A DNA stretch of 64,000 nucleotides, from positions 15,701,480 through 15,765,479 of the forward strand of contig CM121342.1 in assembly GCA_051530055.1 (NCBI GenBank). Direction: 5' to 3'. Under the pieces are notes generated by a model. That model had not been told where the DNA came from. It saw only the letters and a program-made list of their open reading frames with translations, and ran no database searches. Source of the DNA: Neoechinorhynchus agilis. Lineage: Eukaryota; Animalia; Acanthocephala. Shown here piece by piece: positions 10,294 to 21,510 of this stretch; the first letter of the stretch is position 1, and each line of letters starts with the position of its first letter. The position numbers and the translations under genes were made by a program.

Positions 10294-12840
10294 ATGAACG
10301 AATTGCATGTTCATCGGTCACCTAGTCGGCTTTACGTCTCACGGTCATCAGATGAAAATACAAGAGCGTCTTTGTCTGTCCATTGTTCAACTGGGACTGT
10401 CAGTATAAAGTCCCTTCCAAACTCCGACAAGGTGCTGGTTTCATCCGATGTCGAAGGCGTTCTCGGTCTCGCTAAGTTGGTCGTGGATTCGTATTTGGTT
10501 CTGCTAAAACGCAGTGAATTTGTGTGTTTTTTGGCTGAACATTCGATTCGACGGGTCGTCGAGGTCGACTTTGTTCCTCTCACTCAACTGGACCGAAAAG
10601 ATGCGGACGAACCGTACATGGAAATGCTACGAAATAGATTATCATCGAAAAATATGTACTTCTCATGGACTCATGATCTTACCCGGAACTTTCAGTCGAT
10701 CACAAAGCATCCCGATGTGCACCCTTGCAAGTCTCAGTTCCTATGGAACTCATTTATCCTTCGAGAGTTTCAATCGGAAGAGATGAGACCTTTTGTTGTT
10801 CATCTCATCAGTGGACTCGTGGCCCATGATGATATCCAATTATGCCAGCCGTTCGCAACTAGTGAATTCTTTTTCGAATAATAACGAATAATTAGTTCTT
10901 TTAAGCGAAGAAGTTAAAAAGTATTTTCTTTTTCTCTTAGTTTTGCCACTCCACCGGATTCAAAAATTCACTAATTTATTTTCCCGATATTTCACCTCTC
11001 GGATAATTCGGACTTTTCATCTCAATGTTTGCCATTGTTAAACTATTTTATGTGCGAATAAAAGACTTTAACAGCGACAAACCTTAAGAGGAAATGTCAG
11101 AATTATCCGAAAGGTGAAATATCGGGGGAACAAATTAGTGAATTTTTGAATCCGGCCGGGTTGCAAAATCAAGAAAAAGAAAGTATCTTTTCCCCTGACG
11201 ATAATAATCCAATACATAAAAAGTATTTCTCAGCTTGTTTTTTACTAAAATGCTACTTCTAAGAACAGTGTTTCTATTCATTTTCAATTATTATTGAGTA
11301 AGTTCTAGCAATCGAAAACGATAATCTTTTTTAATTGAAAGTGGTGAACTGCTGGATTAGATGGACAAATTGTCAATTATGTCCTGATATCAAGACGATC
11401 ACACCGAAGAACTGGAGCTCGGTACATGTGCCGAGGAATAGACACAAGTGGTCATTGTGCCAACTTTGTCGAAACGGAGCAACTGATCATGTACTCGTCC
11501 ACAGACAAATCCATGCTGTTTTCTCATGTACAGGTCCGAGGATCGATTCCGTTGTTCTGGCGGCAAACTCCGAATCTCATGTATAAACCCATCCCAATCT
11601 TACTGCCTCGAAACCACACTGCTGCATGCCGACTTCATTTCAAAGAATTGGAGAAGCAGTATGGAGATGTGGTAGTTGTGAACCTTATAGACCATAAAGG
11701 ACCCGAGAAAATGTTAGAAAATGGTTACCATTCTATGGCACAGGAATTGTCCATCCCATAAACCAGCATGTCCTTGTTCAGTCTTGAAACGGTACATCTC
11801 TTTATTATAAAAGGTTCAGATCAGTTCACGTCAACACTTGTCTTATTTTCTTTGAACAAACGCCCGAATACAAATCAATTTTTTAGCCTTTTTTCGCAAA
11901 CATTCGGCTTAAATTGAAACCGAAGTTTTCATCACCTAATATTACGGTGCCTAGTTTAAAATTCGAAATTGTCGCATTTCGTTCTAGGAGGTCTACTTTT
12001 GTAGCTCGTAGCGTGTCCACCAGCCCTTTGCTTACGATGTCTAAGAGAGCCAAGTACATGCTGGCTTACATCAGCTTCGATTTTCACGGCCGCACTGGTC
12101 TAAAAGGTGTTGAGCAGTTTGAAGTTCTAATGGCTGAACTTAAATCTTATTTGGAGAGCAACGCGTACTTCCAAATGGACTACGGGGATAAACAAGTTCT
12201 AAAGGAACAAAATGGAGTGGTTCGCACAAATTGCATTGATTCTCTAGACAGGACAAATGTAATTCAATCGAAAATCGCCATGCGTATCCTTGAGCATCAA
12301 TTATCTGATTTGTCGCTAATTGAAAGAAACTTTCCACTTGAAAAACTCCCACAGGTTCATGGAACTTTAGTAAATATATGGGCAGACAATGCGGACACTC
12401 TTAGCGTGGAATATTCGGGCACTCCAGCATTAAAAACGGATTTTACTCGAACTGGAAAGAGAACGCTTCAAGGATTGATGAATGACGCTCGATTCTCGTT
12501 GCAGCGCTACGTCTTGGGGAACTTCTATGACGGATTCAATCAAGACTCGTTTGACCTCTTGCACGGTACTAATGAAATTGCACTGGCCGACTCCTCTTTT
12601 GATTCACTCTTAGAAAGGTTAATCAACAGTAAGCTGATAATTTTTCCGGGAATATCCTTTATATGTTCTCTGATGGTTCTTTTTAACCTCTTGATAGGTG
12701 ACTCGCCGTCACAAAATGAACAAGTTAACATGTTATTTTGGTTCGCTGGTTTCGGAGCAAGCATTTGTGCGACACTCATGTATGGAGATGATATAGTCGA
12801 TCATCCAAGGCTTACTTATAGAAATCCTCCAGATTTCTGA
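10294..12840 (+). CDS. SACM1L: Phosphatidylinositide phosphatase SAC1, interrupted by two non-canonical insertions
   Basis: YFSWTHDLT, LISRRS, RGIDTSGHCANFVETEQ, QVRGSIPLFW, catalytic RTNCIDSLDRTNVIQ, YSGTPALKTDFTRTGKRT, two C-terminal TM helices. Confidence 0.95.
10843..11359 (+). other. Non-canonical intervening sequence 3 (517 nt) in SAC1: TTA direct repeat plus terminal inverted repeat
   Basis: TTA at 10840-42 and 11357-59; ccagccgttcgcaact pairs with agtggtgaactgctgg; removal gives GLVAHDDIQLDGQIVNYVLISRR. Confidence 0.85.
10921..11190. mobile_element. Palindromic MITE (family A), nested in SAC1 intervening sequence 3
   Basis: Long inverted repeat ccggattcaaaaattcactaattt / aaattagtgaatttttgaatccgg; second copy at about 51035-51280. 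Confidence 0.8.
11761..12068 (+). other. Non-canonical intervening sequence 4 (308 nt) in SAC1: TA direct repeat plus terminal inverted repeat
   Basis: TA at 11759-60 and 12067-68; aaccagcatgtccttg / caagtacatgctggct pair at 14 of 16 positions; removal gives ELSIPYISFDFH. Confidence 0.88.
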
Positions 12841-13324
12841 TTCTGTGTGGTGATGAGAAAACGGAAATGTGTAACCGAGTCTATTAAAATGCTGCCGGGC
12901 TATAGATGTGATCGGAATGTTTGAGGGGATAAATTACAACTCATTCACTGAAATGATATTTTATAAACGATGACAAACGAGTTTATAGATTATTCATTGT
13001 GCAAATAATGATCACTGATTGCTGCATAACGTAAGTTCGTTTCCTAGTCGAAAAAACGTTTAAAGGTGGTTTCGCTTAAATCAAAAGTGTAATACTCTCC
13101 ATAGTAAATGAAAATTATTCGCTCGGTAATGGGATATTAGATCAGTTTATTGTCGTGTAAGTAAACGTATAACATTTATTCTTTTATCATTTCTAAATTG
13201 CTATGGCTTTAAATTCGAAAAGCAAGCACAACGTTTTGAAAACAGAAACAAAAAGACAATCTGCACGCTTGAATAACATCTTCGCTTTTAAATGCCGAAC
13301 CGAAGCTTTCGGTCCCAAGACTAT

Positions 13325-13741
13325 TTATTGATATTCTCCACGAAAACAGGCATTGATTTTCTCGCTTTCTTGAACACGAACTTCAAACAGAATATCTTTT
13401 GGAATTCCACTTCTGAGAAGTTGTTCCCAAAAATATACGGATAGGTGTTCGACCGTTGCTGTAATTCCAGGCCCGATTGCCTCTGTGATATCTTGATGAT
13501 CAAGTTTCCCAGCGACTTCTCGTAAATGTTCGTCAAGTTTTTCAATCGAGAAAAGGTATCCTGTCATCGGATCTATTGTGCCTCTTAAGGTCACTATGAT
13601 ACGATAATTATGACCATGCGTTCTAATGCATGAACCAAACAAACGTTCATTCGCTCTTTCGCTAAGTGAAGGCGAATAGAGACGATGCGCCGCTGAAAAG
13701 CCCACTGAACTCTGAAGTCTGACTATGGGTGTATCTGACAT
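13325..13741 (-). CDS. PTS: 6-pyruvoyl tetrahydropterin synthase
   Basis: FSAAHRL, HGHNY, LDHQ, TVEHL..YFW, V.VQESEK; intronless. Confidence 0.9.
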   Translation of the reverse strand: MSDTPIVRLQSSVGFSAAHRLYSPSLSERANERLFGSCIRTHGHNYRIIVTLRGTIDPMTGYLFSIEKLDEHLREVAGKLDHQDITEAIGPGITATVEHLSVYFWEQLLRSGIPKDILFEVRVQESEKINACFRGEYQ

Positions 13742-13959
13742 CGGGACTTGCTGTGGAAAAGTAGTAGAGATTTAAAGATAGCGGTGCCACATTGTAAAAT
13801 CGATTGTGTTTGCAAAAATGACAGTGCTTAAGTGTGTCGGAGGCGTCTAAACCAAGCTTTTAATGTACTATGCTCGCAAGTTTAGAGCATTCAGACAAGC
13901 ATTCGGTTTCATTTTATGATGGTTCACTATCAGAAACATCATAGAGTTTAAATAATTTC

Positions 13960-14270
13960 GACGGTGCTGTTAAACGAGTTGAAAATAGACATAATCTGTG
14001 CAAAAAAAGGATTCAAATTACATGATGCCAAAAGTAAAATTATTGCTTTATCGTTTTATTTTAAATCTATTAAAAAAATTCATCCAATAAAGTTTTTATC
14101 ATCTCGTTTACCCCGGTCCTCCATGTCGAGGTGCAATCTTAGAATTTTCTTTGAATGTGCAAATTGAACATTAACGGTGCTGATGCAGTTAAACAAGTTG
14201 AAAATAGGCATAATCTATGCAATATAAGTATTCAAATTATATGATGCCCAATGTAAAATTATTGCCTAAA
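13960..14270. repeat. Two diverged direct repeats of about 90-100 bp
   Basis: cggtgctg..gttgaaaatag(a/g)cataatct..ttcaaatta(c/t)atgatgcc at about 13961 and 14174. Confidence 0.7.
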
Positions 14271-14915
14271 AGGAAGAGAATTTATTGAAAGGAAAACTCG
14301 TCATCAGATTCTTTGGATCAGTTCATTATTTTCACTGCTTACTTCCAAAACGCTCAATTGACGTACAGCAATCGCAACCACATTCTTCATCTCTTATAGG
14401 CTCTCTGCGAAACCCAGATTTAGAATTCATCTCCATCAACTTCTCAGCTCTTCTAGGAAATCGTCTTAGGGAATTCACAATCGGTGACGTCTATCGCCCT
14501 CCTGCCTCTCGTCCTTTTTAAGTCAACTGGAGTCCATGGTGGACCTCATAAATTCCGCAAATTCACACCAGACCAGGGGATACAGAGAATGAACTGATTA
14601 ATGTATGATTCCTGCCAGTACGTTGAACAAACAATTTTCGGTTTTAATGCGACTCTTTAGGTAGTTTAATTCGGTAAAATCCTAGGGTTTTCTCTATAGG
14701 TAACAACTACTTACAATTACTCACATCGCGAGTTCAAAAATAGTTTCTGAACTTTTAAATCGGTGACCATCTATTTTGGCTGATACTGCAAACTTCTTAA
14801 TTTGAGTCGATTCTGAGCATTCATTTTTGATACACTTGCAAAATGAAATGTTAGACTATCTTATAATTACCATTCCGACTTCACTTTTACTCGATCCACA
14901 ATCATTCTTTACAAA

Positions 14916-17597
14916 TTATACAAGTTTATCATGTGCCATAAACTTTTAGTTGGTTAATTTTAATCTCTTCTGTTTCTGGACCCTTTCCATTTTTACCCAT
15001 CAATGATACCTCGAGAACCCAAATGCCTTCGGGGTTTTCGCCCCAACACCTATTTGTCCCAAATGGATGTTCATGTATTCCTTAGATTAAAAGTTTAGTC
15101 TAAAGGAAAAAATAATTTCGCTGACCTTTATCGCTGTGATCTTCCGGTCTATAATCTAGTAAGACAGATAAGGTTCCTGCTGGAGAGGTGACTGATATTC
15201 GAGTCCCTCCTCTACTATTGGTATTTAGAGTTAAGGTAACAATGAAATGTTCAAGTCTTTCAACTTCACATTCGGCTATTTTAAGAAGCCAGCGGACAAC
15301 TACGACATCTTCATCTGTCCTTTTCAGCCCAAAGTTTGCGAAAAGATTAACGAAATACACAAACCTTCGTTTTTCAGCGGATACAGTTTCAAATTTATTG
15401 CACTCTTTCCTATCGGATACATGGGTCCACTTGGCTCCAAGCTCGATCATTGCATCTGCATCTAATGTGCCGAATCCTATGTAGTCATGAACGTAGTACC
15501 CAGCGCCGTTCACCGTCCATAAATTGTCCGGAGTTAAAGGAACACGGGCAGTTTCCACCACAATATGCATTACGTCTCTATAGGTGAGCTCAGGATTGGA
15601 TTCCAGCAACAATGCAAATATCCCAGCGGCGATCGGAGCCGCTGCTGATGTCCCCTTGAAATCGAACACGCATGTATCAGCACCTCCGGTAGTGCAAACC
15701 CCATAGTGGCGCTTCTAAACATTGTTTCGGACCAACCGTCATTTTGAGCATGAAAATTATAATGGTTTTTTAAAGAAATTTTCGAAAATGAGCTGAGAAA
15801 CAAATCGAAAAAAAGAGTAATCATTCTTGATTCTCTTATAGTTTTTTGCAAAAATGTCAGGGTTCACGCTAAATGCAATTTATATGAGAGAGAGCGAAAC
15901 CGGTGAAAAAATGGGTTCATACTCAAAGCCATTTTACCTTCGTTTTGGAAATTCCCTGGCCCGCGTACGTAGCAGCCAGAATGGATGATCCAGCCTCGTC
16001 GTAACTCTCGTGCCAACCCAATTGATCAACGGATGTTATAGTGAATATATTTGGATTAGAAGTGTAGCCGTCCGCGCCACAATGGTCTCTCGCTCCTCCA
16101 TTACCAGTTGCCCAAACGAAAATGGTACCGCGACCATGCCTTCCCTGAACAAACAATTTGTTATTCAATTCTGAGATCAATACCAACCCTCTTCACGCCG
16201 AACTCAATAGCCTTGGAAGCCATTGCTGTTGGTTTTTCCATTGTTTTCCCGTTATCCACTGGACCCCACGATAAACTCTTTATATCTATCAAAGGATTTA
16301 AATAAGATAGGGCCCGCGATTCCAGGAGAGAATTGACTCTTCCATCGAGCAATCGAAATCCTTTTTGTTATACATTTTTGTTTTAGTTATGCCTGTTAAA
16401 GCAGTAGCAATGCATACCTGCAATTGATGCTCCAAAAGCTACGCCGACCCCACATACTCCATTGTTGGCTTCAGCAGCAGCCACTCCGGCGCACTTGGTA
16501 CCATGACTAATCATAAATGGTTCACATAAGAATAAGGTGAAATCAATGCACCTGTACTTTGCGTTTCTTGTGTCGGGGCTGGGATCATGATCTATATCAT
16601 CAAGGTCATTAAAGTCAAAACTTAGTTCCGGTCTCTATATAAGGACATTACTCCTTCTAAATATGAATCAGGTAGTCTTACATATCTTTCTCGAAGATCC
16701 GGATGTCTATGATCGAGACCATCATCAATAATGCATATAGTTACATTTTTGCCACTTAAACCACGACTCCAGGCCTTTTGAATGTTCATGTAGTCATATC
16801 CATCATGTCCCTTTAAGAAATTGCACATTAGTTGAATAAATTAGTTTCAATAAAAACACTCACCAGTGCCCACTGTTCTTCGTACATCCAGTCATTAAAT
16901 TCAATCCTTGGAAACCGTTCTAATTCATCCCCGAAATGAAATCCGGCAATCTGAACAAGGATAAAAATTAGTTTGTGAAATGTAGTTAAAAATCTGTGAC
17001 CGAATGAATAAAATTGTGTAAGCAAACAGGAAATCGTTTTCTTCTAAACGCCGCTCATCCCTTTACTTTTAAACTTAGTTCAAATCAGTTCAATACGCCA
17101 TGGATGAGCGAGGGTCTTAGTGCGTATAGACGAACATGCACTTAAAATCAATAAAAATGATCCTTTAATGAACTCCGAACTCAATACGCTGCATGTGTAT
17201 ACCAAAGGCCCTTTACGTACCCTTTTCTCGATGAGCGGCTCGTTTTGGATTAGCGATGTCAAAGCTGACCTGGCTAAATGCGTTTCATTGGAACCAAAGA
17301 ACTTCCGAAAATGCCATATATCCAATCCTGCAACCTAAAACGAAGTTTGCCAAACTTGGGTCTTTAAACCGAATCGATCACCCGCCCATAACATGTGAGA
17401 TTATGCCGCGTTCCAAATGTCCTAGCGAACAATTTAGTATCGTAAAGTCCTATGAATTCAACGCCAAAATCCACGTAGTTCGTGTTGTTATTATCGATCT
17501 GTTTATTGGTATAGATTTGTTCGTCTTTTAAAACTGCCTTGTCCAAACCAAGCAGGAGTGTACTGTACGCCATAAAAGATTTAAGTCGAGATTCCAT
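14916..17597 (-). CDS. Kexin/furin-like proprotein convertase (multi-exon)
   Basis: Catalytic D (IIDDG), H (HGTKCAG), oxyanion N (GNGG), S (GTSAAAP); P-domain ([20 protein letters not shown]); signal peptide and propeptide; mostly short GT-AG introns. Confidence 0.92.
17045..17117 (-). other. Non-canonical intervening sequence 5 (73 nt) at the convertase propeptide cleavage site
   Basis: TA at 17045-46 and 17118-19; perfect 9-bp stem cgctcatcc/ggatgagcg; removal gives SIRTRRKR (or RTKRKR with a 1-nt shift); upstream exon phase not fully resolved. Confidence 0.6.
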
Positions 17598-19143
17598 CTA
17601 TGGCACACCAAGATCAATTGCAGTTTAGTTCTTATAAATGATATCCCAACATTCAAAACGTCAAAGATGGTGGAATGCGAATCTAATATTCTCAACTTAA
17701 AAGCACAACCATAACAACTTTTATTTGAAAGATTCTCGTTTCGAAAAATGAATTTTTTTGTCTTACAACTTTAAAAAAGATTGAAAAATGATAAAATGAA
17801 AAGTTGCGTGAAGGATAATAGAACTTTTTGAAATTTATTCCACTGACGAACAGTTTGAAAAAATTCGCTTTCATAATATTAATTCATGCTGATTTCCTTT
17901 CTCAAAATTCCGTTCGTAGATTTTTATCGCTAAGCGCATTGCACACAATCAGCCATAGTCAAAATGTGAATCTTGATTGATGGCCTTAAAGAACAACCCA
18001 GATTTAAGAGCATGAAATGAATATCGCAATGACAGCGAAACAATTTTTCGTCGAAACCTATGATTGACGGAAAAATTGGTCAACATAATTTTTCAAAACT
18101 AAATTTAAGCATTGAGTTATTTTCAAATAAATATACATATTTGTTTTACTAAGACAATTAGTAATGATATTTTAAAACTGTGCTCGCAAATTTAGAACTA
18201 CAAAAATAATCGATTGCATGACTTTAAGTTGTTCCGCAAAGTTCCAGTAGAATTTTTAACATTAAAACATTCCAATGAAGATCAAAGGAAGTACTTCAAA
18301 GCACGACACGTCCATTTCAACCCAGCATGCGCTTAATCATTGCAAATTTCGCACACAAACCAAAATCGATGAGTTTTTAAACATTATGCGATAAATTTTA
18401 GTTAAAATTTTTATGTTTCCACTCTTTTCATATATAAGCCCCGAGCATTTATTTTTGAAATGATCATAACCATACGGTTGTTTTTTGTGCAAAATATTGA
18501 ACGTACTTTCAACGACGAGTTTTTCTAAACACAGAACTGGCATTTTAATGAACTTTGGAAATAAACCGTACAAATGACGACATCTCTTCAATGCTCGAAA
18601 ATGAGTTTGAACATTTTACTTACTTGCATTTAATTTTTTCGTGTTCTCGCTTATTAAGCTCAATATAAAAAATTATATTTTTAGATGTTATTTTGACTTA
18701 GTTACATGATTCAAGTAGACTTTGACATCATCTGTTTTAAAATCACACATTCAAAGATTCCTTTTCCACATATAGAAGATTAATCAATTAACAAGTGATT
18801 GTGACATTTACAAAAATATTTAAACATTATCTTCAACGACTAACGTCATTTTAGGCCAAAAGTATGAATTGTTGGGGCTTGAATAAGTACGGCATTTGAT
18901 TATCCGTTCCGATTGAAGAAATTCGCGGACGTATTTTCACTGCGAAAATTCAAGATTGCTTATTGGTTCGCAACATACTCCACCTTTTTAAAGCGAAGAA
19001 ATTCATTCGCGGAATATTGGAAATATTATGGTTGCAGAAATTCCAACAGCAAACATCGTATGGAACAATAGAGGGCAAAAAAAACGGTATAGCGTGTTGT
19101 TTGGAACGATTTTCTAACGAGCCATTGAATTATTTGCTGAACA

Positions 19144-19160
19144 CGCCCCCGGGTGGGCTC

Positions 19161-19215
<55 letters not shown>

Positions 19216-19217
19216 GC
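19144..19217 (-). tRNA. tRNA-Asn(GTT)
   Basis: Reverse complement gcctccgtggcgcaatcggttagcgcgttcggctGTTaaccgaaaggttggtggttcgagcccacccgggggcg. Confidence 0.96.
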
Positions 19218-21510
19218 TTATCCAGCGCCTCTAAGATACCATACAGATAATTTAGGGCAATATTAAGCGCTCGTTAATCTTTTAAACACTTCAAATTTAC
19301 GATCATGCCATATATTATGTACTATCGGTATTAACGTATTAACAACTCCGATAGAAGACACCAATAACATCGTGCAAAGTTAGGGATTTCTGTACAAGAC
19401 CAATTGAGTCGCCAGGTTCGAAGAATAACCGGGGCGGTGCGCATCAACGAAGACTTCAAAATGGTAGCGTTTTGCCTGATGCCTTTATTTAGTAGTATGT
19501 TTATAAATAACGCTCTTCCTCATCTTATGTAATCGCTCTAGACCGTTGCAAATTGGTAATAAAATCAAACGAAATGGTCCGTGTCCAAATAGTCCTTTTA
19601 GCTGATCTTTGCAGGTTGCTCTAAAACACACTTTGGACTTGCACCCGTACAAAAAAAGAGTTTGGCATCGCATGGACACCAAGTTCGAGTCTATCAGATG
19701 CAATTTACGATAAGTTTGGTTCGGTTTATGGACAAAAAGTCATTTCCCGGACTTTTGTAGCACTATAACCGATATTACACTTTTAGTATAAGATTAGGGA
19801 AGTTAGATGAACGCATTCCAAAACGTGTGACTGAAATTCAAATCGGAGAATTATTTAATGCGTTTTCATGAATAAGCTGTCCTGAATGTATACATTAAGA
19901 ATGTGAGCACACAAACATGTTTTCATTTAGTAAAAAATCGACATCCATACACTGCGTGAGAATATAAATCATGGGAAAAAACCGGAAATAGATTCTAAAG
20001 TCGTTACATTAAAGCTTCTAGAAAACGCTTATGAATTCATTAAGCCCAATCGCTACGCGGGGCATCGATAAGATAAAACAAAAGAAGGGTTATTGATTAG
20101 TCACCGTCAAGTTGTGATAAAAAATAGTTTATAGGCTACATGGTCAAATGTTACCTGCTTGATGAAAATACATCCTACAAGCTTAACCGAAATGGTTTGT
20201 TAAACACAATCGACTGAAAGCGAATGTGTGTGGGTATGTGTACAAAGGTTTTGGGCCAATCAGCGCCTAAGTGGACAGTGATAATTGCCATTCCTTCGCT
20301 TTATTTACTAAAATAAACACCCCTGAAGCCTTGTTTCAACCATGGCGAGAGGCGATGCGAATTTTAGGTGAATAATTTGACATTTTCCTTGTGCTTTTTT
20401 TGTTCTGATAAGAAGACAAATGCATCTTGTGTTTCTCTGGGCGATCTCGCCGCAGTACCGAGTGCAAATCCGTAGTAAAAGCTGATTATTCTTGGGCGAT
20501 AAACTCTGATATCCTGTTCGTCCGTAACCTCGACACGCACCCTTATTCTTCTCAAATTAATCATCTTCTTCTCGTTTTCTAATCTCGTGTGATCAATCGG
20601 CTATTACACTGGTTGGCATAATGACTGAGGATACACGGAGCAAAAGAAGTAAGCGAAGGGTTTGTTTCCCCTCGAGTTACCTAAAAATGCTGCAATGAAT
20701 TCCTGCGTTTTTGAAAAAGAAAAGATGCAAGTGCATGTAATGGAGCGGTCATTGTGCTTGAGAGATAGATGTTTTGACACCAGTCTCGAGGTTCCTTACA
20801 GACGACCAGTCAGCCCACTTAGACCAGTCCTTGATAATAAAGATTTCTAGCATCGGTTGCCCTCAAGAAGTGTTACTTCAGACAAGTCGACTGGGGCACC
20901 AGCACAGTAGTGTTAAATTCGAACCACGTGCACAAGAAGGGCGCTAGGACTTTTTCCTTTAAACCACTGAGATAAGACCTTCTTCTGTCTAGTTTAAGAT
21001 GATACACTGTCAGGTGTGCATTCCTCCTGTCCAAGAGACTGATTAAAACTCGATGCACTGACGCTTCCGCGATCACTTATCGATGACAGGTTCGCTAACA
21101 CAAAACAAGCACGTGTGGTCATCCTACTCAGACCAACACCGGTTTGATCTCGACAATCGTCCAAACATTAATCTCGTTATCCAGGAATTCCTCTTCGTAC
21201 CATCTCAACCATCACCAAAAGTCACGCCCTCTCTTTCACTTGCAGGTGCACATTTAAACCACCTACAATACAACGGAATGTCCACTGTCGCATCCCTAAT
21301 CTCCGCTTACTGCAACAGAAAAGCTCCTTAACTCTCTTGTCTCAATTGCCGATTTTATCTTCGACAGCCCATATTTTTGATATCATCTCCTCCGCCTCTC
21401 ATCTAACACAAACGCATATTTTCTAATTCGCCTTTTACACCTTTCGGTTGTTCGACCGTCAATAATGAAACATTGATTTAGAAAGGTCTCAAAATTTAGA
21501 AAACAACATC

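Noticed and set aside
1-12840. HSP110 and SAC1 as transposon-killed pseudogenes
   Set aside because: The long exons have no other stops or frameshifts and keep catalytic motifs; six independent precise, frame-restorable hits with unrelated TIRs are hard to explain as dead genes.
15715-15937. Convertase intron with weak terminal similarity (atggc/gccac) near TA dinucleotides
   Set aside because: A normal in-frame GT-AG intron explains it; TA-to-TA removal frameshifts and the stem is short.
19300-21360. Possible decayed mariner, hAT or RTE remnants in intergenic DNA
   Set aside because: Only vague motif resemblance with many stops; not supportable.
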